Source: Minisyncoccota bacterium (GTDB lineage Bacteria; Patescibacteriota; Minisyncoccia; Phycocordibacterales; UBA9973). Taken from it: a stretch of DNA of 48,677 nt. Location of the stretch: positions 1-48,677 of the forward strand of contig JARLIG010000003.1 of the NCBI GenBank assembly GCA_031291825.1. The letters are read 5' to 3'. This document shows positions 16,568-26,548 of this stretch, in pieces. Under the pieces are notes generated by a model, which saw nothing but the letters and a program-made list of their open reading frames with translations, was not told where the DNA came from and ran no database searches. Numbering within the stretch: position 1 is the stretch's first letter; the number at the start of each line of letters is the position of its first letter. Both the position numbers and the translations under genes were made by a program.

Positions 16568-17158
16568 ATGGCGGACGATGAAATTAAAAAAGAACCTGAA
16601 GTTACTGAGCCCGAAGAAGAGGTTGTTGAATTTGAATTCAACGAAGACGGCGAAGAAGATTTAAAGAAAACTCTCAAGAAATTCAGGGCTGATTTAAAGC
16701 AGTTAAAAGCTGAAAAGGAAGAATATTTAAATGGCTGGCAAAAAGAGAGAGCAGAATTTGCCAATTATCGCAAACAAGAAGACGAACGCAGAGCGGTCTT
16801 TTCGGAAGCAATGCGCGAGAGAATTTTGACTCGCTTTTTGTCGGTCATGGATAGTTTCAATATGGCTTTTTCAAATCGTGAGGCTTGGGAAAAAGTAGAT
16901 GAGAATTGGCGTAAAGGTGTGGAATATATTTATTCGCAATTAAATACAATTTTTGAAGAATACGGAGTAAAAGGAGTTGGCGAAGTGGGAGACACTTTTG
17001 ACCCAAATGTTTATGAATCGATTGATGTAGTAGAAACTGATAAAAAAGAAATGGACCACACAGTGGCCACGGTTATTCAGAAAGGATACAAACTAGGCGA
17101 ACGAGTGGTTCGCCCAGCTCGGGTAAATGTCTATGAATACAAAGGTGGAGCTCAATAA
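16568..17158 (+). CDS. grpE: Nucleotide exchange factor GrpE
   Basis: Coiled-coil N-terminal part and C-terminal FDPNVYESI...VIQKGYKLGERVVRPARV. The start is moved to ATG 16568 because the track's GTG 16544 lies inside the terminator stem. Confidence 0.88.
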   Translation: MADDEIKKEPEVTEPEEEVVEFEFNEDGEEDLKKTLKKFRADLKQLKAEKEEYLNGWQKERAEFANYRKQEDERRAVFSEAMRERILTRFLSVMDSFNMAFSNREAWEKVDENWRKGVEYIYSQLNTIFEEYGVKGVGEVGDTFDPNVYESIDVVETDKKEMDHTVATVIQKGYKLGERVVRPARVNVYEYKGGAQ

Positions 17159-18800
17159 AATTTGCATTGATTGTAAAAAAGAATTTGTTGTAGAGACAGG
17201 TGATTTGATTTTGTACGAAAAAGTTGGTTTAAAAATTCACGACCAGTGTTTTTTCTGTCGCCTAAAACAATATGCAGCTTTTTGGGTTTTTGGAAAATTT
17301 CGTAAAGGAGTATCGGATTTAACTGGTGAAAGTTTAATAACTGTATTACCAAATAATTCAAGGTATTCTATTTATAAATCACACGAATGGTATAGTGATG
17401 ATTGGGATCCAATGTCTTTCGGACAGAACTATGATTCTAGTAGATCGTTTTTTGATCAGTTACAAGAACTTCAAGAGAAAATTCCTCGTCCACATCAAAC
17501 AGGGAAAGACAATACTAATTGTGATTGGTGTGATGATGTTTGGTATTCAAAAAATTGCTATCTTTCACGTTCTGTCTTTAAAAGTGAGAATATAAGTTAT
17601 GGCTACAGAGCAATTGAATGCAAAGATTCTTTTGATATTGTAAATTCTTTCAATCTACAAAATTCTTATAATTGTTTTGCTTGTCATAATTCTTTTAATT
17701 TAAATTTTTCTGAAAATTCAAAAGATTGCATTGATTCATACTTCCTTTTTGATTGTCGTAATTGTCAGAATTGTTTTATGTCCTGGAATTTACGCAATAA
17801 GCAGTATTGCATCAAGAATAAACAATATGGGAAAGTTGAATATGAGAAAGAATTAAAAAATATTAAGCTAGATTCATATAAAAACCTTGAAGCCCTTAAG
17901 ACTGAATTAGAAACACATATCAAAGATGAAGCTGTTCATCGTGAGAATTTTAACCTAAAAACAACAAGCTCGGTTGGAAATTACCTGACTAATTGCGATA
18001 AATGTTACAACGTTTTTTCTTATGAAGATTCGCAAAATTGTCGTAATCAACTTCGAGGCTTAGGTAATAAAGATTGCATTGATGGAATGGGTATATTTGG
18101 AACGGTTGAATTATCTGGAAATAATAGTTGTGTTTTTTACTCATATAATGTAAAACATTCATCTTGGTCTATGGGAAAATATTCTGAATATCTTGATATT
18201 TGTGATGATGTTGAATATTGTTTTGGTTGTGTTGGTCTAAAGAAAAAGAAGTATTGTATTTTAAATAAGCAATACAGTAAAGAAGAGTATGAAAAGTTAA
18301 AATCAAAAATTGTGGCTGATATGGAAAAAAGAGGGGAATATGGAAAATTTTTGCCGTATTCAATGGGGATTTGCGGATACAATTTATCTACAGCGACGGT
18401 TTATTTTCCAGAAGTCACAAAGGAAGAAATAATAAATAAAGGTGGTTATTGGTCAGAGGAAGACTTGTCTTCTCAAGACGGTATTTCTTCACTAGAATTA
18501 CCAGATAGTATTTTAGATACTAAACCAGAAATTTCCAATCAACCTTTGATTTGTCCAGAAACAAAATATAGATTTAATATTTCTACAGCTGAATATGAGT
18601 TTCATCAAAGGAAAAATTTTGCTTTACCTCGAATTCATTTTGACTTACGGACCCTAAAAAAGACTCGAAAAACCGTTGTATTAAAGGGCTATCCTTACAA
18701 GTGTTTTTACTGTAAAAAAGATATAATGGCTTATTATCCACCGGAGTGGAATTATCAGAATATATCTTGCGAAGAATGTTATAAGCAAAATATAGCTTAA
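17127..18800 (+). CDS. Cysteine-rich repeat protein of unknown function (about 30 Cys, terminal zinc-ribbon-like CxxC pairs)
   Basis: N-terminal CIDC...CFFC and C-terminal CFYC...CEEC. Internal duplication: CRNCQNCFMSWNLRNKQYCIKNKQYGKVEYEKELKNI versus YCFGCVGLKKKKYCILNKQYSKEEYEKLKSKI. The start overlaps the grpE end by about 26-32 nt. Confidence 0.6.
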   Translation: MSMNTKVELNKICIDCKKEFVVETGDLILYEKVGLKIHDQCFFCRLKQYAAFWVFGKFRKGVSDLTGESLITVLPNNSRYSIYKSHEWYSDDWDPMSFGQNYDSSRSFFDQLQELQEKIPRPHQTGKDNTNCDWCDDVWYSKNCYLSRSVFKSENISYGYRAIECKDSFDIVNSFNLQNSYNCFACHNSFNLNFSENSKDCIDSYFLFDCRNCQNCFMSWNLRNKQYCIKNKQYGKVEYEKELKNIKLDSYKNLEALKTELETHIKDEAVHRENFNLKTTSSVGNYLTNCDKCYNVFSYEDSQNCRNQLRGLGNKDCIDGMGIFGTVELSGNNSCVFYSYNVKHSSWSMGKYSEYLDICDDVEYCFGCVGLKKKKYCILNKQYSKEEYEKLKSKIVADMEKRGEYGKFLPYSMGICGYNLSTATVYFPEVTKEEIINKGGYWSEEDLSSQDGISSLELPDSILDTKPEISNQPLICPETKYRFNISTAEYEFHQRKNFALPRIHFDLRTLKKTRKTVVLKGYPYKCFYCKKDIMAYYPPEWNYQNISCEECYKQNIA

Positions 18801-18811
18801 AATAAGGAGTT

Positions 18812-18855
18812 CCAGACGTTGGACGTCTGGAAGCTTACAGACGTGGAGCGTCTGG
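18812..18855. repeat. GACGT palindromic element copy (bipartite)
   Basis: The perfect palindrome CCAGACGTTGGACGTCTGG is followed by AAGCTTA and then the hairpin CAGACG-TGGAG-CGTCTG. Lies between convergent genes. Confidence 0.8.
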
Positions 18856-18868
18856 AGGGTTATCCACT

Positions 18869-19408
18869 TTACTTTCCGAAAGTTTCAAAGAGAACTTTTT
18901 TGCTTTCTTCGTCGATATGTTCGGTGACGATTATCATCATTTCTGTCGTCAGACCTAAATCTTTTTTTATATTCGTAAATAAATGTTCAAAAGGGAATGG
19001 AGAAATCCAGGCGGAATTTTTTAGACAAACGAAGCCTGCTTTTTTGAGCAAGTAGCGCAAGCTCTCTCGTTCGCTTTTTCTATTTTCTGGTAAATCCAAT
19101 AAAATAATTCTCCATAATCCATCCCAAGAGGTATTTACGAGAGTCGTCTCGCTATCTAATTCCAAACTATGCGCTTTCTTTTTACCTTCTTTAGTTAGGC
19201 GGGCATATTCGTTTTGTGGAGAGGGAATTTGCTCTATTAGTCCAGCATCTCGTAGTCCTTTTAATGAGCGTGTAATGGCATATTTGCCTTGTACGTCTAC
19301 TTTATTAGTGTGAGAAGGATTATTTAGACTTTTAACTATTTCAGGTAGGGAAATAGCGTTTTTTTTGCCCAAAATATTAAGAATTTTATTTGAATAGTCT
19401 TTTTTCAT
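18869..19408 (-). CDS. PaaX-like transcriptional regulator (N-terminal winged helix plus C-terminal Cas2-fold-like domain)
   Basis: The N-terminal wHTH region reads ILNILGKKNAISLPEIVKSL...ITRSLKGLRDAGLIE. C-terminal WDGLWRIILLDLPENRKSERESLRYLLKKAGFVCLKNSAWISP matches the PaaX-type pattern. Confidence 0.55.
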   Translation of the reverse strand: MKKDYSNKILNILGKKNAISLPEIVKSLNNPSHTNKVDVQGKYAITRSLKGLRDAGLIEQIPSPQNEYARLTKEGKKKAHSLELDSETTLVNTSWDGLWRIILLDLPENRKSERESLRYLLKKAGFVCLKNSAWISPFPFEHLFTNIKKDLGLTTEMMIIVTEHIDEESKKVLFETFGK

Positions 19409-19422
19409 GTTTTTTTTTGGGC

Positions 19423-19480
19423 TTGACCCCGTCGCTCACGAGCGACGGGGTTGACATACATATAGGCTATCATATATACT
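19423..19480 (+). promoter_or_regulatory. GC palindrome (candidate operator) abutting the dnaK promoter TTGACA-N18-TATACT
   Basis: TTGAC-CCCCGTCGCTCACGAGCGACGGGG-TTGACA. Palindrome at 19427-19450 with 10-11 bp arms; -35 at 19451-19456; -10 TATACT at 19475-19480. Sits between divergent genes. Confidence 0.55.
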
Positions 19481-19566
19481 CTAATTATACAAGTTTTTAG
19501 TGGTCGCGAAATATTAGTAAAATATAAAATTATCATTTAATTATAAGGTTAATTTAACAAAAATAT

Positions 19567-21477
19567 ATGTCAAAAATAATAGGTATAGATTTGGGTACAA
19601 CAAATTCGGCAGTCGCTATCATTGAAGGTGGCGTGCCAAAAATTATTGAGAACGTCGAAGGAAATCGCACGACTTCTTCTGTCGTGGCTGTCGCAAAAAA
19701 TGGCGACCGTATTGTCGGCTTACTAGCTCGCAGACAAGCGGTGACGAATTCAGAAAATACCATCTATGGTATTAAGCGTTTTATGGGCCACAATTTTGAC
19801 GACCCAGAAGTTCAGCAAGATTTAAAAAATTCTTCCTTCAAAATTCAGAAAGGTCCGACTGGCGGAGTGGAAATAAAACTTGGCGACAAGTGGATGCGTC
19901 CAGAAGAAATTTCTGCGATGATTTTGTCTAAAATTAAAACAGATGTGGAGACAAAGCTTGGAGAAAAGATTACCGAAGCTGTTATCACTGTGCCTGCATA
20001 CTTCAACGATGCGCAAAGAAAAGCAACCAAAGATGCTGGAGCTATCGCTGGGCTTGATGTAAAAAGAATCATCAACGAACCGACGGCGGCTGCACTTGCT
20101 TATGGTTTTAATAAAAAGAAAAATGAAAAAATAGTTGTTTACGATTTCGGTGGCGGAACTTTCGATGTTTCTATTTTGGAAATTGGCGATGATGTCGTCG
20201 AAGTGAAGTCTACAGATGGCGACAGCCACTTGGGTGGACGTGATATTGATTTCAAAATCATCAATTGGATTGCCGAAGAGTTTAAAAAGACTTCTGGCGT
20301 AGATGTTCGCAGTGACAAGCTGGCTCTGCAACGTCTCGACGAAGCCGCAGAAAAAGCTAAAATTGAACTTTCCACCGCTGTTGAAAGTGAAATCAATATT
20401 CCATTTATCACTTCTACCGCGCAAGGACCTCAACATCTTCTATTAAAAATGACTCGTGCTCAGCTTGAAGCAATTGCCGACGAATACATTACTCGTTCGA
20501 TTGATATCACCAAGCGCGCTCTGGCTGCTTCTGGTATTAAGATTGAAGACATCAATGAAATCGTGATGGTTGGCGGACAGACTAGAATGCCAAAGATTGT
20601 CGACGAAGTGAAGAAAGTTTTCGGCAAGAATCCAAACCTTTCAATCAATCCTGATGAAGTCGTTGCTCTCGGCGCAGCCGTGCAAGCAGGCGTATTACAA
20701 GGAGATGTGCGTGACGTGTTGCTGCTTGATGTGATTCCGCTTTCTCTCGGTATTGAGACTTTGGGCGGAGTGGCAACTAAATTAGTTGAACGTAATACCA
20801 CCATCCCATCTTCTAAGTCACAAGTATTCTCCACCGCTGCTGATAACCAGACTTCCGTAGAAATCCATATCGTGCAAGGTGAACGCCCAATGGCTTCCGA
20901 CAACAAATCTCTCGGACGATTTATTTTGGATGGAGTTCCACCAGCTCCTCGTGGTATGCCGCAGATTGAAGTTTCTTTTGATGTGGATGTGAACGGAATT
21001 TTAAATGTCACTGCAAAAGATAAAGCTTCGGGCAAGACGCAATCAATCAAGATTGAAGCTAGCTCTGGACTCAAAGATGAAGATATTAAAAAGATGCAAG
21101 CCGACGCGGAACTGCATGCGGAAGAAGATAAAAAGAAAAAAGAAGTTGTGGATATCAAGAACACCGCGGAGATGATAATTTACACTGCTGAAAAAGCAAT
21201 CAAAGACAACGAAGCAAAAATTGAGGCAACATTGAAAGACAGCGTGAATGCAAAAATTACTGCGCTCCGTGGCGTGAAAGACGGCACCGATGGCGAAGCT
21301 ATCAAAAAAGCAACCGAAGAACTTTCTAACGAAATGTCCAAAATCGGCGAAGCGTTAAATAAAGCCACCGCAGATGCGGGGCAAGCTGGAGCCGAAACTA
21401 AGACTACAGAGGAACAGGGTCCAGAAGTCAAAGATGCTGAATTCAAAGAAAAGGGTCCAGAAGGAGAAGCGAAATAA
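19567..21477 (+). CDS. dnaK: Molecular chaperone DnaK (Hsp70)
   Basis: [43 protein letters not shown]. Confidence 0.97.
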   Translation: MSKIIGIDLGTTNSAVAIIEGGVPKIIENVEGNRTTSSVVAVAKNGDRIVGLLARRQAVTNSENTIYGIKRFMGHNFDDPEVQQDLKNSSFKIQKGPTGGVEIKLGDKWMRPEEISAMILSKIKTDVETKLGEKITEAVITVPAYFNDAQRKATKDAGAIAGLDVKRIINEPTAAALAYGFNKKKNEKIVVYDFGGGTFDVSILEIGDDVVEVKSTDGDSHLGGRDIDFKIINWIAEEFKKTSGVDVRSDKLALQRLDEAAEKAKIELSTAVESEINIPFITSTAQGPQHLLLKMTRAQLEAIADEYITRSIDITKRALAASGIKIEDINEIVMVGGQTRMPKIVDEVKKVFGKNPNLSINPDEVVALGAAVQAGVLQGDVRDVLLLDVIPLSLGIETLGGVATKLVERNTTIPSSKSQVFSTAADNQTSVEIHIVQGERPMASDNKSLGRFILDGVPPAPRGMPQIEVSFDVDVNGILNVTAKDKASGKTQSIKIEASSGLKDEDIKKMQADAELHAEEDKKKKEVVDIKNTAEMIIYTAEKAIKDNEAKIEATLKDSVNAKITALRGVKDGTDGEAIKKATEELSNEMSKIGEALNKATADAGQAGAETKTTEEQGPEVKDAEFKEKGPEGEAK

Positions 21478-21500
21478 TTAATAACATAACTAATAAATAT

Positions 21501-21785
21501 ATGATTGACACAACAAAAATAGATATTAATCAACTGCCAAAAAAATTCTGTGACGGTGCTTTTGGTGCCTTTGGAAAAGAATTTTTTACTTTCGCTATGA
21601 CATCAGGTAATAGTCTTGATTCCTTTGCGACCACACCTCAAGTTATGAAAAGCATAGCAATATGGATTAACGGACAAGTTCAAAACTACGAAAAACAGTT
21701 TGGTGAGATTGACATGACTCCACCGCAAATACAAAGTCCTATTCAAATGGCAGACTTAAAAAAATCTGGAGAAGATAATAAATAA
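21501..21785 (+). CDS. Small conserved hypothetical protein (possibly DUF3467-like)
   Basis: 94-aa ORF 23 nt after dnaK and followed by a terminator. The family guess comes from remembered pattern only. Confidence 0.5.
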   Translation: MIDTTKIDINQLPKKFCDGAFGAFGKEFFTFAMTSGNSLDSFATTPQVMKSIAIWINGQVQNYEKQFGEIDMTPPQIQSPIQMADLKKSGEDNK

Positions 21786-21792
21786 TTCAGCA

Positions 21793-21824
21793 AACCAAAA
21801 GCCCTTTAAGGGCTTTTGGTTTTA
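21793..21824 (+). terminator. Rho-independent terminator
   Basis: AACCAAAAGCCC-TTTAA-GGGCTTTTGGTT followed by TT. Confidence 0.7.
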
Positions 21825-21851
21825 GTTAAATTGTTGTAAAATATAACATAT

Positions 21852-23897
21852 ATGGAACTGCCAGAAATACCCATAAATAAAGACGTTACCTATTTAGGTC
21901 TGACGACTTTTCGCGACAAAAATCAACTCTTCGGCATCAAGCGCAAAGACAGGCGTCAGCATGTTTATATTCTCGGAAAGTCCGGTACCGGTAAATCCGT
22001 GCTGATGTTCAACATGATTATTCAGAACATTCAAAATGGCGAAGGAGTCTGCGTTGTAGACCCGCACGGAGAACTAGTGGAGGGTGTCTTGTCGGCGATT
22101 CCGCCAGATAGAATCAAAGATGTCGTTTACTTCAATCCTGCCGATGCAGACCATCATATTGGTTTTAACGTCTTGGAATTGATTGACCCGCAATATAAAC
22201 ATCTCGTAGCTTCAGGGCTGATGGGCATTTTCACGAAAATTTGGGCGAATGCTTGGAGCGCCCGAATGGAATATATTTTGAATAATTGTATTTTGGCATT
22301 GCTCGATACTCCGGGCACGACCTTGCTCGGTATTCCGCGAATGCTCGTAGACAAAGATTATCGACAGAAAATAATCGGAAATTTAAAAGACCCAGTCATC
22401 AAGGCTTTTTGGGTGCACGAATACGAAGCGTGGCAAGATAAATTCCGAAACGAAGCGATTGCGCCGATTCAAAACAAAGTCGGACAGTTTCTCTCGACTT
22501 CAATCATCCGTAACGTCGTCGGTCAGTCTACGAGTACCATCAATATTTTTGACATCATGAACGATGGCAAAATTTTCTTGGTGAACGTTTCTAAGGGACG
22601 CATCGGTGAAGACAACTCCGGGTTACTTGGAGGAATGATTATTACCAAGATTCAGTTGGCGGCGATGGAACGTGTGCGTATTCCCGAAGAACACCGCAAA
22701 GACTTTTACCTTTATGTAGACGAATTCCAAAACTTCGTAACCGATGCTTTTGCGGGTATTTTGTCCGAAGCTCGAAAATATCGACTCAATCTTACCGTCG
22801 CGCACCAGTACACCGCGCAGCTCGTGGTAGATAAAAGTTCGGCGGTGCGTGACGCAGTTTTCGGCAACGTCGGAACGATGATTGTTTTCCGTGTCGGTTC
22901 CGATGACGCAGACTTTTTGGAAAAAGAATTTGACCCAGAGTTCACGCCAGGAGATATCGTAAACCTGCCGAACTATAAAATTTATATCAAGCTAATGATT
23001 GACGGTGTGACTTCTCGTCCATTTTCTGCCAAAACTTTGCCTCCGATGGTGAAGTCGGGGAATAAAGAGATTGAAGATGAGGTTATTGAATCTTCGCGCA
23101 AATTATATTGTCGACCAAGAACTGTTGTGGAAAGAGAAATCAACGATTGGAGTGGAATGTCACTCGGAGATGAAGCTGGTTCTGGTACTGGAATTTTAGA
23201 AAAATTTCCAGCGATTTGTTCGCTTTGCGGGAAAAACACTACCGTGCCTTTCAAGCCAGAACCAGGAAGACCAGTTTACTGTAAAGATTGTGTTGCTAAA
23301 ATAAAATCTGGAGAAGTGAAAGTAGAAAAAAAGGGGCAAGACCAGATTCGTTTTGATGAAACGACTTTTTATAAACCCTTGGCTGATTTAGGAATAGAAT
23401 TTAAACAAAAAAACAATAAAGATGGAGTAGATGAAAATTATGTTGAGAGTACGGAGAGAAGTGTCCTTGCTGCAAAGAAGCCAGGAATAATAAGCTCTTT
23501 CAAAAAAGTATTTACCAAACCAAAGCCAGTAAATAATTATCAATCAAAACCGCCAGTTGTAAAAAACGCAGGCTTGAAAGAAGTTTTAAGTAAAGCTTTA
23601 TCAGAACCTATTACACCCAAGCCCACAACTCCGCCAGTAGTCACTCCAGCTCCAATTCCAGAACCAGTTTCACTCAATACTCTGAAAGATAAAATAAAAA
23701 CAGTTACACAGACTCCAATCACATCCAAAGACCGTGCGGCTAGTGCTGAGGATATGAATAAGTTGAAAGATTTGATTGCCGCGAAGTCAACAGGGCAAGC
23801 AACCTCAGAACTCACTTCAACTTCTCCCAAAGAAGAAGTTCCAAAAAGTAAAACTAAAGAAGTCCCTGAAGATGTATTGAAAAAAATCTTAGAATAA
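21852..23897 (+). CDS. TraD/VirD4 (T4CP)-like FtsK-HerA superfamily ATPase, no TM anchor, with C-terminal CxxC-x17-CxxC zinc ribbon and Pro/Thr-rich tail
   Basis: Walker A ILGKSGTGKS, Walker B FYLYVDEFQNF, LNLTVAHQY. Zinc ribbon CSLCGKNTTVPFKPEPGRPVYCKDC. No hydrophobic N-terminal helices. Confidence 0.7.
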   Translation: MELPEIPINKDVTYLGLTTFRDKNQLFGIKRKDRRQHVYILGKSGTGKSVLMFNMIIQNIQNGEGVCVVDPHGELVEGVLSAIPPDRIKDVVYFNPADADHHIGFNVLELIDPQYKHLVASGLMGIFTKIWANAWSARMEYILNNCILALLDTPGTTLLGIPRMLVDKDYRQKIIGNLKDPVIKAFWVHEYEAWQDKFRNEAIAPIQNKVGQFLSTSIIRNVVGQSTSTINIFDIMNDGKIFLVNVSKGRIGEDNSGLLGGMIITKIQLAAMERVRIPEEHRKDFYLYVDEFQNFVTDAFAGILSEARKYRLNLTVAHQYTAQLVVDKSSAVRDAVFGNVGTMIVFRVGSDDADFLEKEFDPEFTPGDIVNLPNYKIYIKLMIDGVTSRPFSAKTLPPMVKSGNKEIEDEVIESSRKLYCRPRTVVEREINDWSGMSLGDEAGSGTGILEKFPAICSLCGKNTTVPFKPEPGRPVYCKDCVAKIKSGEVKVEKKGQDQIRFDETTFYKPLADLGIEFKQKNNKDGVDENYVESTERSVLAAKKPGIISSFKKVFTKPKPVNNYQSKPPVVKNAGLKEVLSKALSEPITPKPTTPPVVTPAPIPEPVSLNTLKDKIKTVTQTPITSKDRAASAEDMNKLKDLIAAKSTGQATSELTSTSPKEEVPKSKTKEVPEDVLKKILE

Positions 23898-23904
23898 AAA
23901 ATAT

Positions 23905-25428
23905 ATGCCAAAGGCAAATCGAGTTCAAATAATCAAATATGGTCCGCCACCGCCAGAATTGCCTGTCTTCGGCAAGGTGAAACCCGAGGAGGTTTCTTTT
24001 ATTGGGCGGACTAATTATGTCGCTTCTTTAGAAGAAAAGAAATTCGTTTTCGGAATCAAAAGAATTGACCGACGCCGACATCTTTATATTATCGGAAAGT
24101 CTGGCGTTGGAAAGACTAAGCTACTGGAACTTTTCTTGCGACAAGATATCACTTATGGTCATGGTGTTTGTTTGATTGACCCGCACGGAGATGTCATCGA
24201 TGCAATGTTGGATTATATTCCAAAAGAAAGAATTGATGATGTTTGTATTATTGACCCAACTGATTTAGATTTTCCAGCGTCTTTCAATCCGCTGGCGAAT
24301 GTCGACCCACTTTTTAAATTTCAGTTGACGCAGGGCTTGATTGAAGTTTTTCAAAAACAATTCGGAGCAAATTGGACGCCTCGTTTGGAGCACGTTTTTC
24401 GTTTTACTTGTTTGGCCCTCTTGGATTATCCACATGCGACAATGCGTGGAATGATTTCGATGTTGACTGATAGAAATTATAGACAGAAAGTCGTGGAATA
24501 TATTACGGACGACATGGTGAAAAGATTCTTCGCGATTGAATTTGCCGATTGGTCGGAAAAATTTGATACAGATGCAATTATTCCACTCGTCAACAAACTC
24601 GGACAATTTCTTTCTGACCCGTTACTACGAAATATTTTTGGGCAGAAGCAAAATAAAATTGATATCAGTCAGTTGATGAATGAAGAAAAGATAATTTTAA
24701 TCAATCTTTCCAAAGGACGTCTGGGAGAAGAGAATTCATCTTTTTTGGGTTCGATGTTTTTGACAAAAATAAAACAAGCGGGGATGGAACGAGCTGCTAT
24801 TCCAGAAGCAGAACGTAAAGATTTTTATCTATATGTGGACGAGTTTCAAAATGTTGTGACGCAGACTTTTGAGAATATTTTATCGGAAGCTAGAAAATAT
24901 GGACTGAATCTAACGATGGCTCATCAATACGTCGGGCAAATTCTTCCGAAGGTACATCAGGCGGTGCTTGGTAATTGTGGAAGTATTATTTGCTTCCGTG
25001 TTGGCGGAGAGGATGCAGTAAAAATGAAGCCAGAGTTTGCTCCCTTGTTTGATGTGAAAGATATGATTAATCTGGCTGTCACAGAATTTTACATTAAAAT
25101 GACAATTGATGGAGAATCCTATGACCCATTTTCTGCAGAGACCTTAAAAGTTCTTCCACCCACTCATCCTTCTTATAAAGAAGAAATTATCGCAGCTTCT
25201 AGGGCAAAATATTCTATATCAAAAGACGATGCGCAGAAGTTGATTACCGAAGAAGAGTCTACAATTATTCGTAGTGCCGAAGAGAAGGCGATTATTGAAG
25301 GTAGGGCTAAAAGAAAAGAAAAAGAAAAAAATAAAGATAAAAATGTTGACGAGGAATCGGAAGAAAATGAAGTAAAGAATGAAACACCAAAAACAAAATC
25401 TTCACAAGAAGCTGAACCTATGATATAA
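23905..25428 (+). CDS. Paralogous TraD/VirD4-like ATPase (no TM anchor, Lys/Glu-rich tail)
   Basis: Collinear with the upstream ORF: FGIKRIDRRRHLYIIGKSGVGKT, FYLYVDEFQNV, LNLTMAHQY. Confidence 0.7.
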   Translation: MPKANRVQIIKYGPPPPELPVFGKVKPEEVSFIGRTNYVASLEEKKFVFGIKRIDRRRHLYIIGKSGVGKTKLLELFLRQDITYGHGVCLIDPHGDVIDAMLDYIPKERIDDVCIIDPTDLDFPASFNPLANVDPLFKFQLTQGLIEVFQKQFGANWTPRLEHVFRFTCLALLDYPHATMRGMISMLTDRNYRQKVVEYITDDMVKRFFAIEFADWSEKFDTDAIIPLVNKLGQFLSDPLLRNIFGQKQNKIDISQLMNEEKIILINLSKGRLGEENSSFLGSMFLTKIKQAGMERAAIPEAERKDFYLYVDEFQNVVTQTFENILSEARKYGLNLTMAHQYVGQILPKVHQAVLGNCGSIICFRVGGEDAVKMKPEFAPLFDVKDMINLAVTEFYIKMTIDGESYDPFSAETLKVLPPTHPSYKEEIIAASRAKYSISKDDAQKLITEEESTIIRSAEEKAIIEGRAKRKEKEKNKDKNVDEESEENEVKNETPKTKSSQEAEPMI

Positions 25429-25435
25429 ATAAAAC

Positions 25436-26533
25436 ATGTCTAAAGATTATTACGAAACCTTAGGAATAAATAAAGGTGCGTCAAAAGACGAAATAAAAAA
25501 AGCTTTTTATAAGTTGGCGCAAAAATATCATCCTGATAAAAAGGGTGGTAATGAAGCCAAATTTAAACAGGTAAATGAGGCTTATCAAGTTCTCTCAGAT
25601 GACGCTAAACGTTCAAAATACGACCAGTTTGGCTCGGGATTTGAGAATGCGGGTGCTGGTAACTATGGAGATGCGCAAGGCGGTTTTGGAGGTTTTAACG
25701 CTTCAGACTTTGGAGGTTTTCAGGGCGCAGGTGCTGACTTTGATTTTGGAAACTTAAATGATATCTTTAGTGATTTTTTTGGTGGCGGTATGGGTGGAGG
25801 AAGACCACAAGCACGCCGTGGACGAGATATCTCGACTGAAATTCAAATTTCTTTTTCTGAATCAATTTTTGGCGTCGCTAGAAAAATTTTAATTACTAAA
25901 ACTTCTACTTGTTTGACCTGCCATGGCTCTGGCGCGAAAGCTGGAACAAAGATGGAAACTTGTAAACATTGCAATGGGCAAGGACAGATTCACGAACAAA
26001 AGAGAACAATCTTTGGAAACATTGCCAGTACAAAAATTTGTGAGGTTTGTTTGGGTACTGGAGAAGTTCCCAGAGAAATTTGTGAACATTGCAAAGGCAA
26101 AGGAGTTCTCCGTCGTGAAGAAGAAATTTCAATTAATATCCCAGTCGGAATACGCGACGGGGAAATGATTCGAATGACAGGAATGGGTGAAGCAGTCTTT
26201 AAAGGTACCGCTGGAGACCTTTATATAAAAATAAATGTGATACCACATTCAGTCTTTAAACGTGACGGTAATGACTTGGTAATGAATCTAAATTTGAAAC
26301 TCTCGGACGCGCTCTTGGGAACAAAATATCCGATCCAAACCTTGGATGGAAACATCGAAGTGACGATTCCAGAGGGAGTTTCTATAAATGAAATTTTACG
26401 TGTTAAAGGCAAAGGTGTGCCAACAAAAAATAAAAGAGGAGACTTGCTAATCAAGCTTAACATTAAACTTCCGGAAAAATTATCGCATCAATCTCGAAAG
26501 CTTATTGAGGAGCTCAAAAAAGAAGGAATTTAA
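25436..26533 (+). CDS. dnaJ: Molecular chaperone DnaJ
   Basis: J domain with the HPD motif (KYHPDK). G/F-rich linker. Four Cys motifs: [32 protein letters not shown]. Confidence 0.95.
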   Translation: MSKDYYETLGINKGASKDEIKKAFYKLAQKYHPDKKGGNEAKFKQVNEAYQVLSDDAKRSKYDQFGSGFENAGAGNYGDAQGGFGGFNASDFGGFQGAGADFDFGNLNDIFSDFFGGGMGGGRPQARRGRDISTEIQISFSESIFGVARKILITKTSTCLTCHGSGAKAGTKMETCKHCNGQGQIHEQKRTIFGNIASTKICEVCLGTGEVPREICEHCKGKGVLRREEEISINIPVGIRDGEMIRMTGMGEAVFKGTAGDLYIKINVIPHSVFKRDGNDLVMNLNLKLSDALLGTKYPIQTLDGNIEVTIPEGVSINEILRVKGKGVPTKNKRGDLLIKLNIKLPEKLSHQSRKLIEELKKEGI

Positions 26534-26548
26534 CCTGTGGAAACCCCT

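Noticed and set aside
18819-19055. 78-aa plus-strand ORF
   Set aside because: It starts inside the palindromic repeat and runs antisense to the PaaX-like gene, whose domain pattern is more convincing.
16517-19566. CIRCE operator upstream of grpE or dnaK
   Set aside because: Visual scan found no TTAGCACTC-N9-GAGTGCTAA-like inverted repeat in either upstream region.
19822-21533. Several minus-strand ORFs (204, 234, 117, 90, 76 aa)
   Set aside because: All are antisense to dnaK, a typical artefact of a long gene with biased codon usage. No motifs.
21852-25428. Integrative conjugative element / type IV secretion system
   Set aside because: Only coupling-protein-like ATPases are present. There is no relaxase, VirB4/VirB6, pilin, integrase, flanking tRNA or direct repeats, and the genes sit inside a housekeeping chaperone operon.
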